Shown: positions 1 to 8,993 of the stretch, in pieces
Numbering within the stretch: position 1 is the first letter of the stretch
Layout: each line of letters begins with the position of its first letter
NCBI GenBank assembly: GCA_015523605.1
Contig: WAKC01000025.1
Span: 10,157 to 74,156 of the forward strand
DNA from: Candidatus Geothermarchaeota archaeon
GTDB taxonomy: Archaea; Thermoproteota; Nitrososphaeria; Geothermarchaeales; JDFR-13
Direction of reading: 5' to 3'
DNA: 64,000 bases
The notes under the pieces: generated by a model
What the model saw: the letters and a program-made list of their open reading frames with translations, nothing else
What the model was told of the DNA's origin: nothing
Database searches by the model: none
Position numbers and translations under genes: made by a program

Positions 1-1
1 C

Positions 2-313
2 ATCCATATAGCCAGTACAAAAATACCGTTTAAATCGGTCGGTAAAGAGGCTATTGCCGATGTGCCAGAGATTGAGAAGGAGATAGAACTGGCCTTAAAA
101 ATCCTATTCAGGAGATTCCTGAAGTATAGAAGGAAGATTATTAAGAAGAAGGAGGTTGAGAAACGTCTTAAAATCTATGAGAGGTATATCCATTTAATCA
201 GCAAATTCTCTGGGAAACTGGCTGATAGAGAGCCAGCCGATGTTGAGAAGCTCCTAGAAAAGGTTAAGAGACGGTACGGAGTTAAGGAGAAGATAGAATC
301 TACATCCCTATGA
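2..313 (+). CDS. top6B: DNA topoisomerase VI subunit B, C-terminal fragment (5' end lies outside the window)
   Basis: The frame is open from the window edge. In-frame residues IHIASTKIPFKSVGKEAIADV precede the tracked ORF 62..313. This KIP(F/Y)KS.GKE..A motif followed by a basic helical tail matches the conserved Top6B C-terminus as I recall it. The gene converges on top6A. Confidence 0.8.
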   Translation: MHIASTKIPFKSVGKEAIADVPEIEKEIELALKILFRRFLKYRRKIIKKKEVEKRLKIYERYIHLISKFSGKLADREPADVEKLLEKVKRRYGVKEKIESTSL

Positions 314-1381
314 GAACATCTCCATCTTATCCTTGAGATACACATCTACGATATAGGTCAATCCATATCTACTAAAGGCCTCAAGCTCACTCTTCCTCTT
401 AAGCTTCCTAAACTTCTTCAACTCCCGACGCCAAGGATCATCTGAATACCTAGGATCCTTAAGAAGTTCATCCAGCCTCTTAAGGTCTCTCTCATTAAAC
501 GGATCCGTTGGGAGTTTATACTTCTCTATATCGGATGCCCATATTCCAATCCATTTGGCATCTGGAGTGTGAAGCTCCCTTACATGGGCAGAGTTTGCGG
601 AGCCATATACAATGACACCCGCTATATGTAGCCCCCACACATCACCATCTGTAAATATATAGACTGGTAGGCCCAACTCCTTATTCAATCTCCTGATGAG
701 ATATCTCGCAGCCCTTGGAGCCTGTCCAGAAGTACTTATCAATATCGCTTTATACTTCTCATAGACCTTCTCCTCTATAAACCTATTGAATATAGCGTCT
801 TTCTCGATGACGAAGACCCTCTCGGCACTGGTCTCAACAAACTCACATGTCTTGAGACTATGCCCAATCATCAACCCATCCGGATGGGTAAGTAGGTTGA
901 CCCTTCTACCCTCATAACCAGGAACTGTATATTCAATAGTCAAGTCACCAAATATAGCTGCTCTCTCAGCCGGTATTATATTGAAGTCCTCCCTTGGATA
1001 TCCAAGATACGCCTCTAAATCCATGATAAGCTCGTCAGACTCCTCCTGCTCCTCAAACTCCACGTTATACGCTTGGGATGAGTAGTAGACATCACGGAGT
1101 GTACTGGTCCTCCTCTGTAGCATAAGCTCCTTAGCGAATGAGGCTATCCATATAAACTGGGTAAATCTCCTGAGATGTGTATATACCGATGCACTCCTAC
1201 GCCTAACCTTATCCCCCAATATATAACCCCTCTCACTAGGGTCATACCTTATATTTGATACACTCCTACTTGGAATATCTATAACTGGAAACTCACCATT
1301 CTCTATAGATGTGAGGACATCCTCACCTAACATCTTAAGCCTATTCAACACATCACTTTTACGCTTGGATACCTTCGACAT
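308..1381 (-). CDS. top6A: DNA topoisomerase VI subunit A (Spo11 homologue)
   Basis: Shows a catalytic-Tyr region (TLRDVYYSSQAY) and Toprim motifs (VFVIEKDAIF, YIFTDGDVWG). The tracked ORF extends to 1444, but its first 21 codons are hydrophobic filler. The ATG at 1381 (MSKVSKRK) is the likelier start. Confidence 0.93.
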   Translation of the reverse strand: MSKVSKRKSDVLNRLKMLGEDVLTSIENGEFPVIDIPSRSVSNIRYDPSERGYILGDKVRRRSASVYTHLRRFTQFIWIASFAKELMLQRRTSTLRDVYYSSQAYNVEFEEQEESDELIMDLEAYLGYPREDFNIIPAERAAIFGDLTIEYTVPGYEGRRVNLLTHPDGLMIGHSLKTCEFVETSAERVFVIEKDAIFNRFIEEKVYEKYKAILISTSGQAPRAARYLIRRLNKELGLPVYIFTDGDVWGLHIAGVIVYGSANSAHVRELHTPDAKWIGIWASDIEKYKLPTDPFNERDLKRLDELLKDPRYSDDPWRRELKKFRKLKRKSELEAFSRYGLTYIVDVYLKDKMEMFS

Positions 1382-1474
1382 ACCTATCAAAATAAGGTAT
1401 GGACAGACATATAGTAAAGCTTTTAAGAAAAAACCGCTATACAATAATCCATAAACACCAGCAGGGTGGAAAAA

Positions 1475-1672
1475 ATGTCGAAGGAGATAGCGAGGACACC
1501 GCTACTGATAAAAACACTTGCCCTCTTATTACTCCTACTAGGGCTAATACTTATATACCTAACCGCAACATCCCCTGAATTACAGTTAAACCATAAATTA
1601 GTAGGATATATAGTAGGCCTACTATTAACAATAGTCCCAGGATTAATCCTGATATACAACGTAACCGAATAA
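1475..1672 (+). CDS. small membrane protein (2 predicted TM helices), unknown function
   Basis: The tracked ORF starts at GTG 1466 and an in-frame ATG lies at 1475. There are two hydrophobic stretches (LLIKTLALLLLLLGLILIYL and VGYIVGLLLTIVPGLILIY). Confidence 0.45.
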   Translation: MSKEIARTPLLIKTLALLLLLLGLILIYLTATSPELQLNHKLVGYIVGLLLTIVPGLILIYNVTE

Positions 1673-1691
1673 AACCAAAAATTTAAAAACC

Positions 1692-1699
1692 TTTAAATA
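1692..1699 (+). promoter_or_regulatory. TATA-box-like element upstream of tRNA-Asn
   Basis: The sequence tttaaata is centred about 24 nt upstream of the first tRNA nucleotide (1719). This spacing is typical of archaeal TATA-to-start distances. Confidence 0.4.
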
Positions 1700-1718
1700 A
1701 TAATGATATACCTTAGAA

Positions 1719-1821
1719 GCCGCCGTAGCTCAGCTGGAAGAGCACCGGGCTGTTAACCAGCCTAAAACCCCACGGGACAGATACCCGGGGGTCCCCGGTT
1801 CGAGTCCGGGCGGCGGCGCCA
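1719..1821 (+). tRNA. tRNA-Asn (anticodon GTT) with a 27-nt intron (about 1756..1782) and encoded CCA
   Basis: A hand-folded cloverleaf accounts for all 103 nt. Acceptor is gccgccg/cggcggc, D arm gctc-agctggaa-gagc, and anticodon stem ccggg/cccgg with loop ctGTTaa. T arm is cccgg-ttcgagt-ccggg, followed by discriminator g and cca. The 27 extra nt sit after position 37. Confidence 0.9.
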
Positions 1822-1887
1822 TTCTTTCTTAAATTCCATCCTACCTAAATACCTAGATTAAATTCCTGGTTTAGATAATATTTTTTG

Positions 1888-2106
1888 ATGATCAAGGTAT
1901 GGATCTCGAAAGATAAGGATATGATAGCTTTCTACACCGGGGATAAGTGTATAGATATCTTTCTAAAGGAGGAAAGCCTACCTAAGGATAAAGTTAAGAT
2001 TAAGTTCTTTATTGGGGAGAAGATGCTGGAGGAGAGAGTCATAGATACTGGTGAGATAGGGTCGTTAGATGAGTTTATAGAGTTTCTGAAGGGAGTTGAT
2101 GAGTGA
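1888..2106 (+). CDS. hypothetical small acidic protein
   Basis: ORF of 72-73 aa (TTG at 1885, ATG at 1888) with no recognisable motif. It lies just upstream of the ABC ATPase gene. Confidence 0.4.
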   Translation: MIKVWISKDKDMIAFYTGDKCIDIFLKEESLPKDKVKIKFFIGEKMLEERVIDTGEIGSLDEFIEFLKGVDE

Positions 2107-2166
2107 ATCATTCTATCCCCTACAAATATTTTTATAGGGGTTCAAGATTTATTGTAGTGGATACCA

Positions 2167-2874
2167 ATGAATAATGGAATCATCAGGCTCTCAAATGTCA
2201 CTAGGTATTACGAACTGGGGATATCGAGAATATACGCTCTGAAAAATATTGATTTAACGGTTGAAAAGGGAGAGTTTCTGATAGTATTGGGTCCAAGTGG
2301 CTCAGGTAAGACTACTCTACTAAATGTTATAGGGAGTATTGACAAGCCTAATGAAGGTAGTGTCATTGTCGACGGTATAGATCTGACTGCGTTAGATGAG
2401 GATGGTTTGATAGAATATAGAAGGAAGTATGTAGGCTTTATCTTCCAGTTCTTCAACTTGATACCCACATTGACTACCTATGAGAACGTGGCCTTGGCCG
2501 CGGAATTAGTAGATAATCCTATGGACCCCAAGGAGGTGCTTGAAGAAGTTGGTCTTGGGGATAAGCTTGATCATCTACCTAGCCAGTTAAGTGGTGGAGA
2601 GCAGCAAAGAGTAGCTATTGCAAGGGCCTTGGTGAAGGATCCACCTATACTTCTATGTGATGAGCCGACGGGTGAATTAGATTTTGAGACTGGAAGGAGG
2701 ATATTGAAGACTTTGAAGGAGGTTAATGAGAGACATGGGAAGACCATAGTCTTGGTTACGCATAACACACCCATATCTATGATTGGGGATAGGGTTATAA
2801 GGCTTAGGAGTGGGGAGATTGTCGACGAATATATTGTCGAGGAGAAGAAGGATCCCCTAGAGATTGTTTGGTGA
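2167..2874 (+). CDS. ABC transporter ATP-binding protein (MacB/LolD/FtsE-like)
   Basis: Contains Walker A GPSGSGKT, signature LSGGEQQR, Walker B LLCDEPT and H-loop VTHN. Confidence 0.92.
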   Translation: MNNGIIRLSNVTRYYELGISRIYALKNIDLTVEKGEFLIVLGPSGSGKTTLLNVIGSIDKPNEGSVIVDGIDLTALDEDGLIEYRRKYVGFIFQFFNLIPTLTTYENVALAAELVDNPMDPKEVLEEVGLGDKLDHLPSQLSGGEQQRVAIARALVKDPPILLCDEPTGELDFETGRRILKTLKEVNERHGKTIVLVTHNTPISMIGDRVIRLRSGEIVDEYIVEEKKDPLEIVW

Positions 2875-2878
2875 AATA

Positions 2879-5800
2879 ATGTCCATATTACGCAAGAAGC
2901 TCCTAAAAGACATTAAATTTAATAGGATTAAATTCATGGCAACAATAGTCATAGTGATATTTGGAGTCGCTTTTTACGTAGGTCTCTACTCGAGCTATCA
3001 AAACCTTAGATTCTCCATCGATAAAGTCTATTCAGACCTAAACTTTGCGGATATATGGATATCCATCGGCTATTCCGATGGAGAAGAGATAGATAAGAGG
3101 ATTGAAGGGGTAGATGGGATAGCGGACTATGAAAAGAGGCTCGTCATAGAGGCCCCTACATCGTTTGAGATTGATGGAGAAGAATTTATAACTGGGAGAT
3201 TGATCTCGATCCCGTTAGATGGAGAGACTGGGATAAATAAGTTGTTGATTAATAGGGGTAGATATCCTGAGAGACCGGATGAAATACTTGTTGAATATGG
3301 ATTTGCGAAGCATCATAACCTATCCATAGGCGACTCTGTATATATCAAGAATGGAGAGAATCTTCTAGAGCTGGAGATAGTTGGAGTAGCAATATCGCCT
3401 GAGTATCTCTGGCCTGCAAAGACGATATTAGAACATATGCCTGATGTATTGAGAAGATGGGGAGTATTTTACATACCTGAAGAAAAGCTTCAGGAGGCAT
3501 TTGGAATTAAGGGGCTATACAACAATGTTGTATTCAAGGTGGAGGAGGGAGCAGACCCCGAGACTCTAACCAATATATTGAAAGATAGGTTGGGGGATTT
3601 AGGTGTTAGTGAGGCCTTTACTAGGAGGGACCAGCCCAGTAACAATATAATATCCCTATCTGTAGATTCACTAACTACATTAGCAATAGCATTCCCAATA
3701 TTCTTCCTATCAGTCTCCTCAATAGCTACATATATGGTTCTAAGTAGAATTATAGCTATGCAGACGAGGCAGATAGGCCTTCTACAGGCCCTAGGATATA
3801 AGAAAAGGGCTATAATTATACACTATCTAGAATATTCCCTATTTATAGGTATTATTGGAGCTATATTGGGTATAATCCTGGGTGAACTAATTTCGATACC
3901 ATTGACAGATATATTCGCGTCACAGTTAAGCCTACCGTTAACTTTTAGAAGGGTATATCCAAGTCAAATAGCTCTGGGGTTTGGGATTAGCCTACTATTC
4001 ACATTATTCGCCGGGTTCCTATCATCGGTGAAAGCCGTTAAACTATCGCTTATAGAGGCGATGAGGTATACCGGTGTAGATATAAAGAGGATATACAGGA
4101 TTAGAAACGGATTTCTAGCAAAGATATTTAGGAAATCCATATGGAAACTCCCCTTTAGAAATATAAGTAGAAATCCCGTTAGAACAATCTTCACAATATT
4201 CGGTATTGCACTAGGCTTTACAATGATAGTCGTCCCTTACTCATTCAACGACTCGATGGACTACTCCATAGAAGACTATTTCGGCAGAGTCCAGATCTAC
4301 GACGTAAAGGCATACTTCTCAAAACCCTATAACATCTCAATAGTGGATGATGTGGCTGGATGGGATGGAGTTAGAAATGTAGAGCCTTATATCGAGCTCT
4401 ACCTAAGGATTGAGAATGATGGAGAGAGCTGGACGGTCCTAGTTAGAGGGCTAGAGTCCGATACCGAGCTATATAGAGTTGAACCGTTAGAAGGGAGAGG
4501 AGGGCTGAAGAGTGGAGCCCTACTATCCAAGGCATTCCTCTTCGCTTCTAACATTCAAGTTGGAGATGAGGTTACTATAGACATTAAACCGATTAAGAAA
4601 GTCTATTGGATCGAGATGAACAGGACATTTCAGGAGATATATAATGAGACCCTCAACCTAACGCTAAGCCTATCGATGGAAATATCTAATATGAGGGAGA
4701 CATACACCCGGATAAAAAATATGAGTGGGATGCTCGATGAAGCAATAGACGTCTTCTACGGACTACTGTATACATATGTAGAGAATTGGGATGCCACTGT
4801 GAGAAGAGAGTTGATAGAGGGTGGGGGCAACCTCACATTAGAAGAGTTAAATTTAATTGCATATAATGCGACCCAACCATACATTACATACTTGTTGGGG
4901 AGATACGGCTATAACGAGACTATCGTAACCTACTACCTTGGCCAATATATGTTCATATGGAACCAGAACATCTTGAATAACCCAAGCCTAATAAGAGATT
5001 ACAGCCAGGAGACTATCTATAGAGAAGCGGACAAAATCGTTGAGCAGATGGTGACAGAGGTTTCACAATATGGATATATTCCTAGCGAAATCGTTTCAAA
5101 ACTCAATAAAGAATTAGATATCAGAAACTGGAGGGACAGGTCTCTACGTATCCACATATCTTACAATATGATCCCACCTGAATATAGAGTGTATATTGAT
5201 ATTGAGACCTTCAAACAAATGGTGGTAGCAGGTGATTTTAGAGAGTTTATTAAGAGTATCATTATAGACAAGGGAGACTTCAATGTTAAATATCTTGATT
5301 ATATAGATATTCTTCTAGATACCGGAGACCCTGAATATACAGCGAGACTAATGTCGGATGATATAATTGCGGAGATAATATCTAGAAACCCACCTCCACC
5401 TGATCAATATAGCGTTGAAGTTATAGGATTTGCAAATGACCCTGCTGGACTCGCCCTATACATTGATATAGAGACTGCACAGAAGATATTCAGCCTTAGA
5501 AACATGACCATGGGGCTACTTATAGATGTTGATGAGAATTCTCAAGAGAAGGTGATAGATAGACTCTACAGTGAATATGACATCCTATTCATAGAAAACA
5601 GTGCCAATACAAGGAAGGACTGGGTGGAAATGTTAGGCCTATACTCGAATTTCGTCAACGCTATAATCGCTTTTGGATTAACTATATCAGCAGCAATAAT
5701 GTTCAACACTATAAACATAAATATTGAGGAGAGACGTAAGGAATACGCTACCATGAGGACATTAGGAGTTAGAATGAGAGAAATCTTTTGGATATTGACA

Positions 5801-6046
5801 ATAGAGAATATAGTTTTGATGGCGATAGGAATCATAATTGGTATACCAATATCTATATTCACTTCAAACTACCTACTTAACGTATTCAACAGTGAGTTCT
5901 TCGCCTTCGATCCCGTTATCTACAACCAGACATTTATCATAGCAACCATCCTCCTAGGCATAATTCTATATGTAACAATATGGTTAGGTGTCAAATCGAT
6001 AAAGATGATAGACCTACCGAGGGTAATCAAGGAGATATCCACATAA
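2879..6046 (+). CDS. ABC transporter permease with two FtsX/MacB-type modules and very large extracytoplasmic domains
   Basis: About 1055 aa. The layout is TM1 (aa 25-45), soluble region, three TMs (aa 270-400), TM (aa 440-460), a roughly 460-aa soluble region, then three C-terminal TMs. ATG 2879 follows the ATPase stop by 4 nt, while the tracked TTG 2864 overlaps it. Confidence 0.85.
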   Translation: MSILRKKLLKDIKFNRIKFMATIVIVIFGVAFYVGLYSSYQNLRFSIDKVYSDLNFADIWISIGYSDGEEIDKRIEGVDGIADYEKRLVIEAPTSFEIDGEEFITGRLISIPLDGETGINKLLINRGRYPERPDEILVEYGFAKHHNLSIGDSVYIKNGENLLELEIVGVAISPEYLWPAKTILEHMPDVLRRWGVFYIPEEKLQEAFGIKGLYNNVVFKVEEGADPETLTNILKDRLGDLGVSEAFTRRDQPSNNIISLSVDSLTTLAIAFPIFFLSVSSIATYMVLSRIIAMQTRQIGLLQALGYKKRAIIIHYLEYSLFIGIIGAILGIILGELISIPLTDIFASQLSLPLTFRRVYPSQIALGFGISLLFTLFAGFLSSVKAVKLSLIEAMRYTGVDIKRIYRIRNGFLAKIFRKSIWKLPFRNISRNPVRTIFTIFGIALGFTMIVVPYSFNDSMDYSIEDYFGRVQIYDVKAYFSKPYNISIVDDVAGWDGVRNVEPYIELYLRIENDGESWTVLVRGLESDTELYRVEPLEGRGGLKSGALLSKAFLFASNIQVGDEVTIDIKPIKKVYWIEMNRTFQEIYNETLNLTLSLSMEISNMRETYTRIKNMSGMLDEAIDVFYGLLYTYVENWDATVRRELIEGGGNLTLEELNLIAYNATQPYITYLLGRYGYNETIVTYYLGQYMFIWNQNILNNPSLIRDYSQETIYREADKIVEQMVTEVSQYGYIPSEIVSKLNKELDIRNWRDRSLRIHISYNMIPPEYRVYIDIETFKQMVVAGDFREFIKSIIIDKGDFNVKYLDYIDILLDTGDPEYTARLMSDDIIAEIISRNPPPPDQYSVEVIGFANDPAGLALYIDIETAQKIFSLRNMTMGLLIDVDENSQEKVIDRLYSEYDILFIENSANTRKDWVEMLGLYSNFVNAIIAFGLTISAAIMFNTININIEERRKEYATMRTLGVRMREIFWILTIENIVLMAIGIIIGIPISIFTSNYLLNVFNSEFFAFDPVIYNQTFIIATILLGIILYVTIWLGVKSIKMIDLPRVIKEIST

Positions 6047-6112
6047 TCCCCTACTATTTTAGGGGTTGTGCTATATCAATGTGTATATCCAAAAATTATT
6101 TTGTGAGGGACT

Positions 6113-6292
6113 ATGAGCAGTGTTGAGGAGAAGGTCTTAAAAGCGTTGGAGCAGGCAGGTAAACCATTGAGACCTGGTGAGATTGCCGAATTAGCCGGTC
6201 TAGATAAGAAGGAGGTTGATAAGGCCATTAAGAAGCTTAAAAAGGAGGGTAAGGTCACTTCACCAAAGAGGTGTTACTACTCACTCCCATAA
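6113..6292 (+). CDS. 59-aa stand-alone winged-helix DNA-binding protein (absent from the ORF track)
   Basis: An ATG..TAA ORF read directly from the sequence: MSSVEEKVLKALEQAGKPLRPGEIAELAGLDKKEVDKAIKKLKKEGKVTSPKRCYYSLP. The pattern is helix, turn, recognition helix, then a beta wing (G-K-V....YY). It falls just under the track's length cutoff. The tracked minus ORF 6076..6258 is its antisense shadow. Confidence 0.7.
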   Translation: MSSVEEKVLKALEQAGKPLRPGEIAELAGLDKKEVDKAIKKLKKEGKVTSPKRCYYSLP

Positions 6293-6297
6293 CCTCC

Positions 6298-6303
6298 TTT
6301 TTT
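6298..6303 (+). terminator. oligo-T run directly after the 59-aa wHTH gene
   Basis: The sequence cctcc-tttttt-atatat begins 6 nt after the TAA. Archaeal intrinsic termination typically uses T-runs. Confidence 0.35.
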
Positions 6304-6490
6304 ATATATATAGCTAATGATTCATCCTGTAATCCTACTTGTTTATACCGTCTAGGATTAGGTTTAAAGTAAATCATGTTATATATACGTGCTCTAAGGC
6401 ATTTATTAAGATAACTCACAAATATTTTCATATACCGAATAGGTAGTATCAAAAATATACAATGATTTTTAAATTGTGTGGGTGTCTTTA

Positions 6491-7543
6491 ATGGATAAAT
6501 TTGATGTGGCAGTCTTGGGTGCCGGTATATCCGGCTTAACCGCGGCCCACTTCTCCGTAAATGAAGGTTTTAAGACTGCATTAATAGATCCTAATATCCC
6601 CGGTAGGGAAGGGTCATACAACTCCGCCGGTATAATAACGAGACAGCTTTATACCAAGAGAGAGATTCTGCTTGCAATCGAGTCAATATCTATATTGGGG
6701 GAGATAATACCCGATATAGATGTCGTAACCTATGATAGGAAGTTTATAACGATTGAAGATGAGAAGACCGCCTTCCAAGACTATAGATTCTACCGTAAGA
6801 TATTCACGGATGTAGATATCTACTATTATGGAGAGCTTCCGGGAGACCTCTCAAGCATAAACCTCCATGTTAATGAGGCAATACTAATGTCATACAAGGA
6901 CTTGATGATAGATACTAGGGAGACCCTGAAGAAGATTTATGAGGGGATAGCTGGTAACAAAAACTTGAAGGAGTATAGGCTTAGGGCTGTAAAGATTTCT
7001 GAATATGAAGAGGAGGAGGGCTACACTATCTACCTCGATAATGGAGAGATGATAAAGAGTAAGAACGTGATTCTCGCCCTGGGTGCATGGAACAAATATT
7101 TTGTTGAGAAGAGTAAAATATACCTCCCGATATCCACATATGCATGTATAGCGGTTAGGTTTGAGGTGGACGGTTCTATACCAGTGAGTGGCTCCGACGA
7201 GATAAACTATCTATATTGGATGAAGGAGGGAGATAATAGAATAATCGCCGGGGAATATTACCAGTCGACACCGATTACAAGGCCGGAGAAAGTGAAGGAG
7301 ATAAACCTCGAGAATAGAGAGAAGAGTGTGATAAAGAGTCTAATGGATAGATTCAAAAATATAAAAGACCTTAGATTCATCGAATATGTAATCGGTCCCT
7401 GTAGCTTCCCAATAGGTAAGAGACCATTATATAAAGAGTTGATGAAGAACCTATTCCTAATTGACGGGTTAGGCGGTTATGGATTCACATTAGGACCGGC
7501 ATTAGCCAAGGAAACTATAGATTCAATCACGACACGGCTTTAA
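6491..7543 (+). CDS. FAD-dependent oxidoreductase (DAO/glycine-oxidase-like family)
   Basis: Has the N-terminal dinucleotide-binding motif DVAVLGAGISGLTAA, and its length fits the DAO family. ATG 6491 is preferred over the tracked GTG 6476. Confidence 0.7.
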   Translation: MDKFDVAVLGAGISGLTAAHFSVNEGFKTALIDPNIPGREGSYNSAGIITRQLYTKREILLAIESISILGEIIPDIDVVTYDRKFITIEDEKTAFQDYRFYRKIFTDVDIYYYGELPGDLSSINLHVNEAILMSYKDLMIDTRETLKKIYEGIAGNKNLKEYRLRAVKISEYEEEEGYTIYLDNGEMIKSKNVILALGAWNKYFVEKSKIYLPISTYACIAVRFEVDGSIPVSGSDEINYLYWMKEGDNRIIAGEYYQSTPITRPEKVKEINLENREKSVIKSLMDRFKNIKDLRFIEYVIGPCSFPIGKRPLYKELMKNLFLIDGLGGYGFTLGPALAKETIDSITTRL

Positions 7544-7642
7544 TAAAATCTAGATTCACTAAATAAGGAGTTAAAGCCTGTGTAAACACACCTAATTAGA
7601 TTTAAAAAGCTTTTAACAGACTTATAAATATATTTTGATGAG

Positions 7643-7736
7643 GCCCCGGTGGTGTAGCCAGGTCAAGCATACCGGCCTTTCGAGTCTCATTGAAGATAGC
7701 CGGTGAACCCGGGTTCAAATCCCGGCCGGGGCACCA
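7643..7736 (+). tRNA. tRNA-Glu (anticodon TTC) with a 15-nt intron (about 7683..7697) and encoded CCA
   Basis: Hand-folded structure. Acceptor is gccccgg/ccggggc and the anticodon stem ccggc/gccgg has loop ctTTCga. T arm is ccggg-ttcaaat-cccgg, followed by discriminator a and cca. The 15 extra nt (agtctcattgaagat) follow position 37. Confidence 0.88.
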
Positions 7737-7824
7737 AAATCATAATTTATCTTCATATGCGGTATAGCCATGTTTTAATGAATGTTAATCTATAGTCCAC
7801 ATTCTCAAATCGGAGGTAATGCGG

Positions 7825-8982
7825 TTATAGCTCAAAGTCCTCTATAATCCTATTTATAAGATCGTCGATATCATTTGAGATATAGTTTGAATAGTTTCTA
7901 AAGAAGGGGCTTACATCGGGCTCCGTAAAATATGTGTATACCTTCTTCATATGTGTGAAGCCATAGTTCATCTCACTGAGTACACCTGCCGATAATTTAC
8001 TTGTCGGGTAAAATACTATAACCATATCACTCTGGTCTATGAATCGATAGTCTCTATAGACGGTCGAGTCAATGATATAATCTTTAGCCTCCCTAATCTC
8101 CTTCACTGGAATCTCGACATCGAAGAGATCGATATAGACCTTCTCATCATCCTCCTTACCCTCTATGGAGTCTAGGAGGACATGGTCTTCTACCATTATA
8201 GGGTCGAATACGATAATATTATTCTTCCTCAATTTACTTAGGAACTCATTCTTCATCTTATTGAACTCCTCTCTATTCTCGACATGCGTCATTGGATAGC
8301 TTAGATATGCCCTACGTTTTCTAGGCTTCTCACCCCTCATTAGAGGGAGTTCAACATCATATAATAGGTCGTATAGTATGGTGGGATCTGGTTCCTTAAA
8401 ATCTATGTTGGAGGAGGGGATTATATAGAAGTGTTTATCCAGCATATCTGCAACCATCTTCGTTATAAACATCTCCTCATCCTGCCATATCAGAAGCTCC
8501 TTAATCGTCAACTTACCTCTCCAAGGATGTAACTCAGGGTCTTTATCAATCCGCCCTCTGATATTACCGACCGAATCTATAATGGTTATAAGAACGTCCG
8601 GAGCGACTTTAGTCAGATAGTAGTAGTCGAAGGCCGGCATCAAAACCTTCTTCCATCGAAAACTCATATGAAGACTTATATACAGGTCCTCATTGGAGTC
8701 GTCACCCCTAAACTTATCAATCCTATGTACGATACCCTCGAAGACTGTGGCCCTCAAGAAACGTAATGCAGTCTCATCCAAGTCAAGAATCTTATCACCA
8801 GGTATCTCCACTCTAAGGCTACTAGCCTTTGTAAACATCTCAGGGCCTACATCAATAATATCCACATTACGCCCCTTCCCACCGGCATACTCCCTAGTGG
8901 CATGTAGATATTTAGCCCTTCCAGAGCCGGTTATCCCTGTGCCTAAAACAATCATTGCAAAAATAAATTTATGGATGCCCAC
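7825..8982 (-). CDS. two-domain protein: N-terminal P-loop-like NTPase/kinase domain fused to a C-terminal nucleoside 2-deoxyribosyltransferase-like (NDT/Rcl-type) domain
   Basis: The N-terminus carries VLGTGITGSGRAKYL, a GxxxxGK[ST]-like loop with R in place of K. The C-terminal 150 aa contain AYLSYPM and then DQSDMVIVFYPTSKLSAGVLSEMNYGFTHMKKVY. That resembles the (Y/F)LAGP ... D.vv ... S.G...E.G.A pattern of NDT-like Rossmannoid domains. Confidence 0.5.
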   Translation of the reverse strand: MGIHKFIFAMIVLGTGITGSGRAKYLHATREYAGGKGRNVDIIDVGPEMFTKASSLRVEIPGDKILDLDETALRFLRATVFEGIVHRIDKFRGDDSNEDLYISLHMSFRWKKVLMPAFDYYYLTKVAPDVLITIIDSVGNIRGRIDKDPELHPWRGKLTIKELLIWQDEEMFITKMVADMLDKHFYIIPSSNIDFKEPDPTILYDLLYDVELPLMRGEKPRKRRAYLSYPMTHVENREEFNKMKNEFLSKLRKNNIIVFDPIMVEDHVLLDSIEGKEDDEKVYIDLFDVEIPVKEIREAKDYIIDSTVYRDYRFIDQSDMVIVFYPTSKLSAGVLSEMNYGFTHMKKVYTYFTEPDVSPFFRNYSNYISNDIDDLINRIIEDFEL

Positions 8983-8993
8983 CCTTAAAAGAG

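Noticed and set aside
1881-1950. A possible box C/D sRNA, because of tgatga at 1884 and atgata about 35 nt later.
   Set aside because: No CTGA D or D' boxes occur at the required spacing and there is no terminal stem. The tgatga is the TTG/ATG start region of ORF 1885..2106.
6113-6292. Resemblance of the 59-aa wHTH protein to Z-alpha (Z-DNA-binding) domains.
   Set aside because: The overall helix/wing spacing is similar, but the Z-alpha contact residues (Asn and Tyr on the recognition helix, Trp in the wing) are not present. I treat it as a generic wHTH.
6076-6452. Tracked minus-strand ORFs 6076..6258 and 6255..6452.
   Set aside because: The first is antisense to the well-formed 59-aa wHTH ORF. 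The second lies in an AT-rich promoter-like spacer and has an implausible composition.
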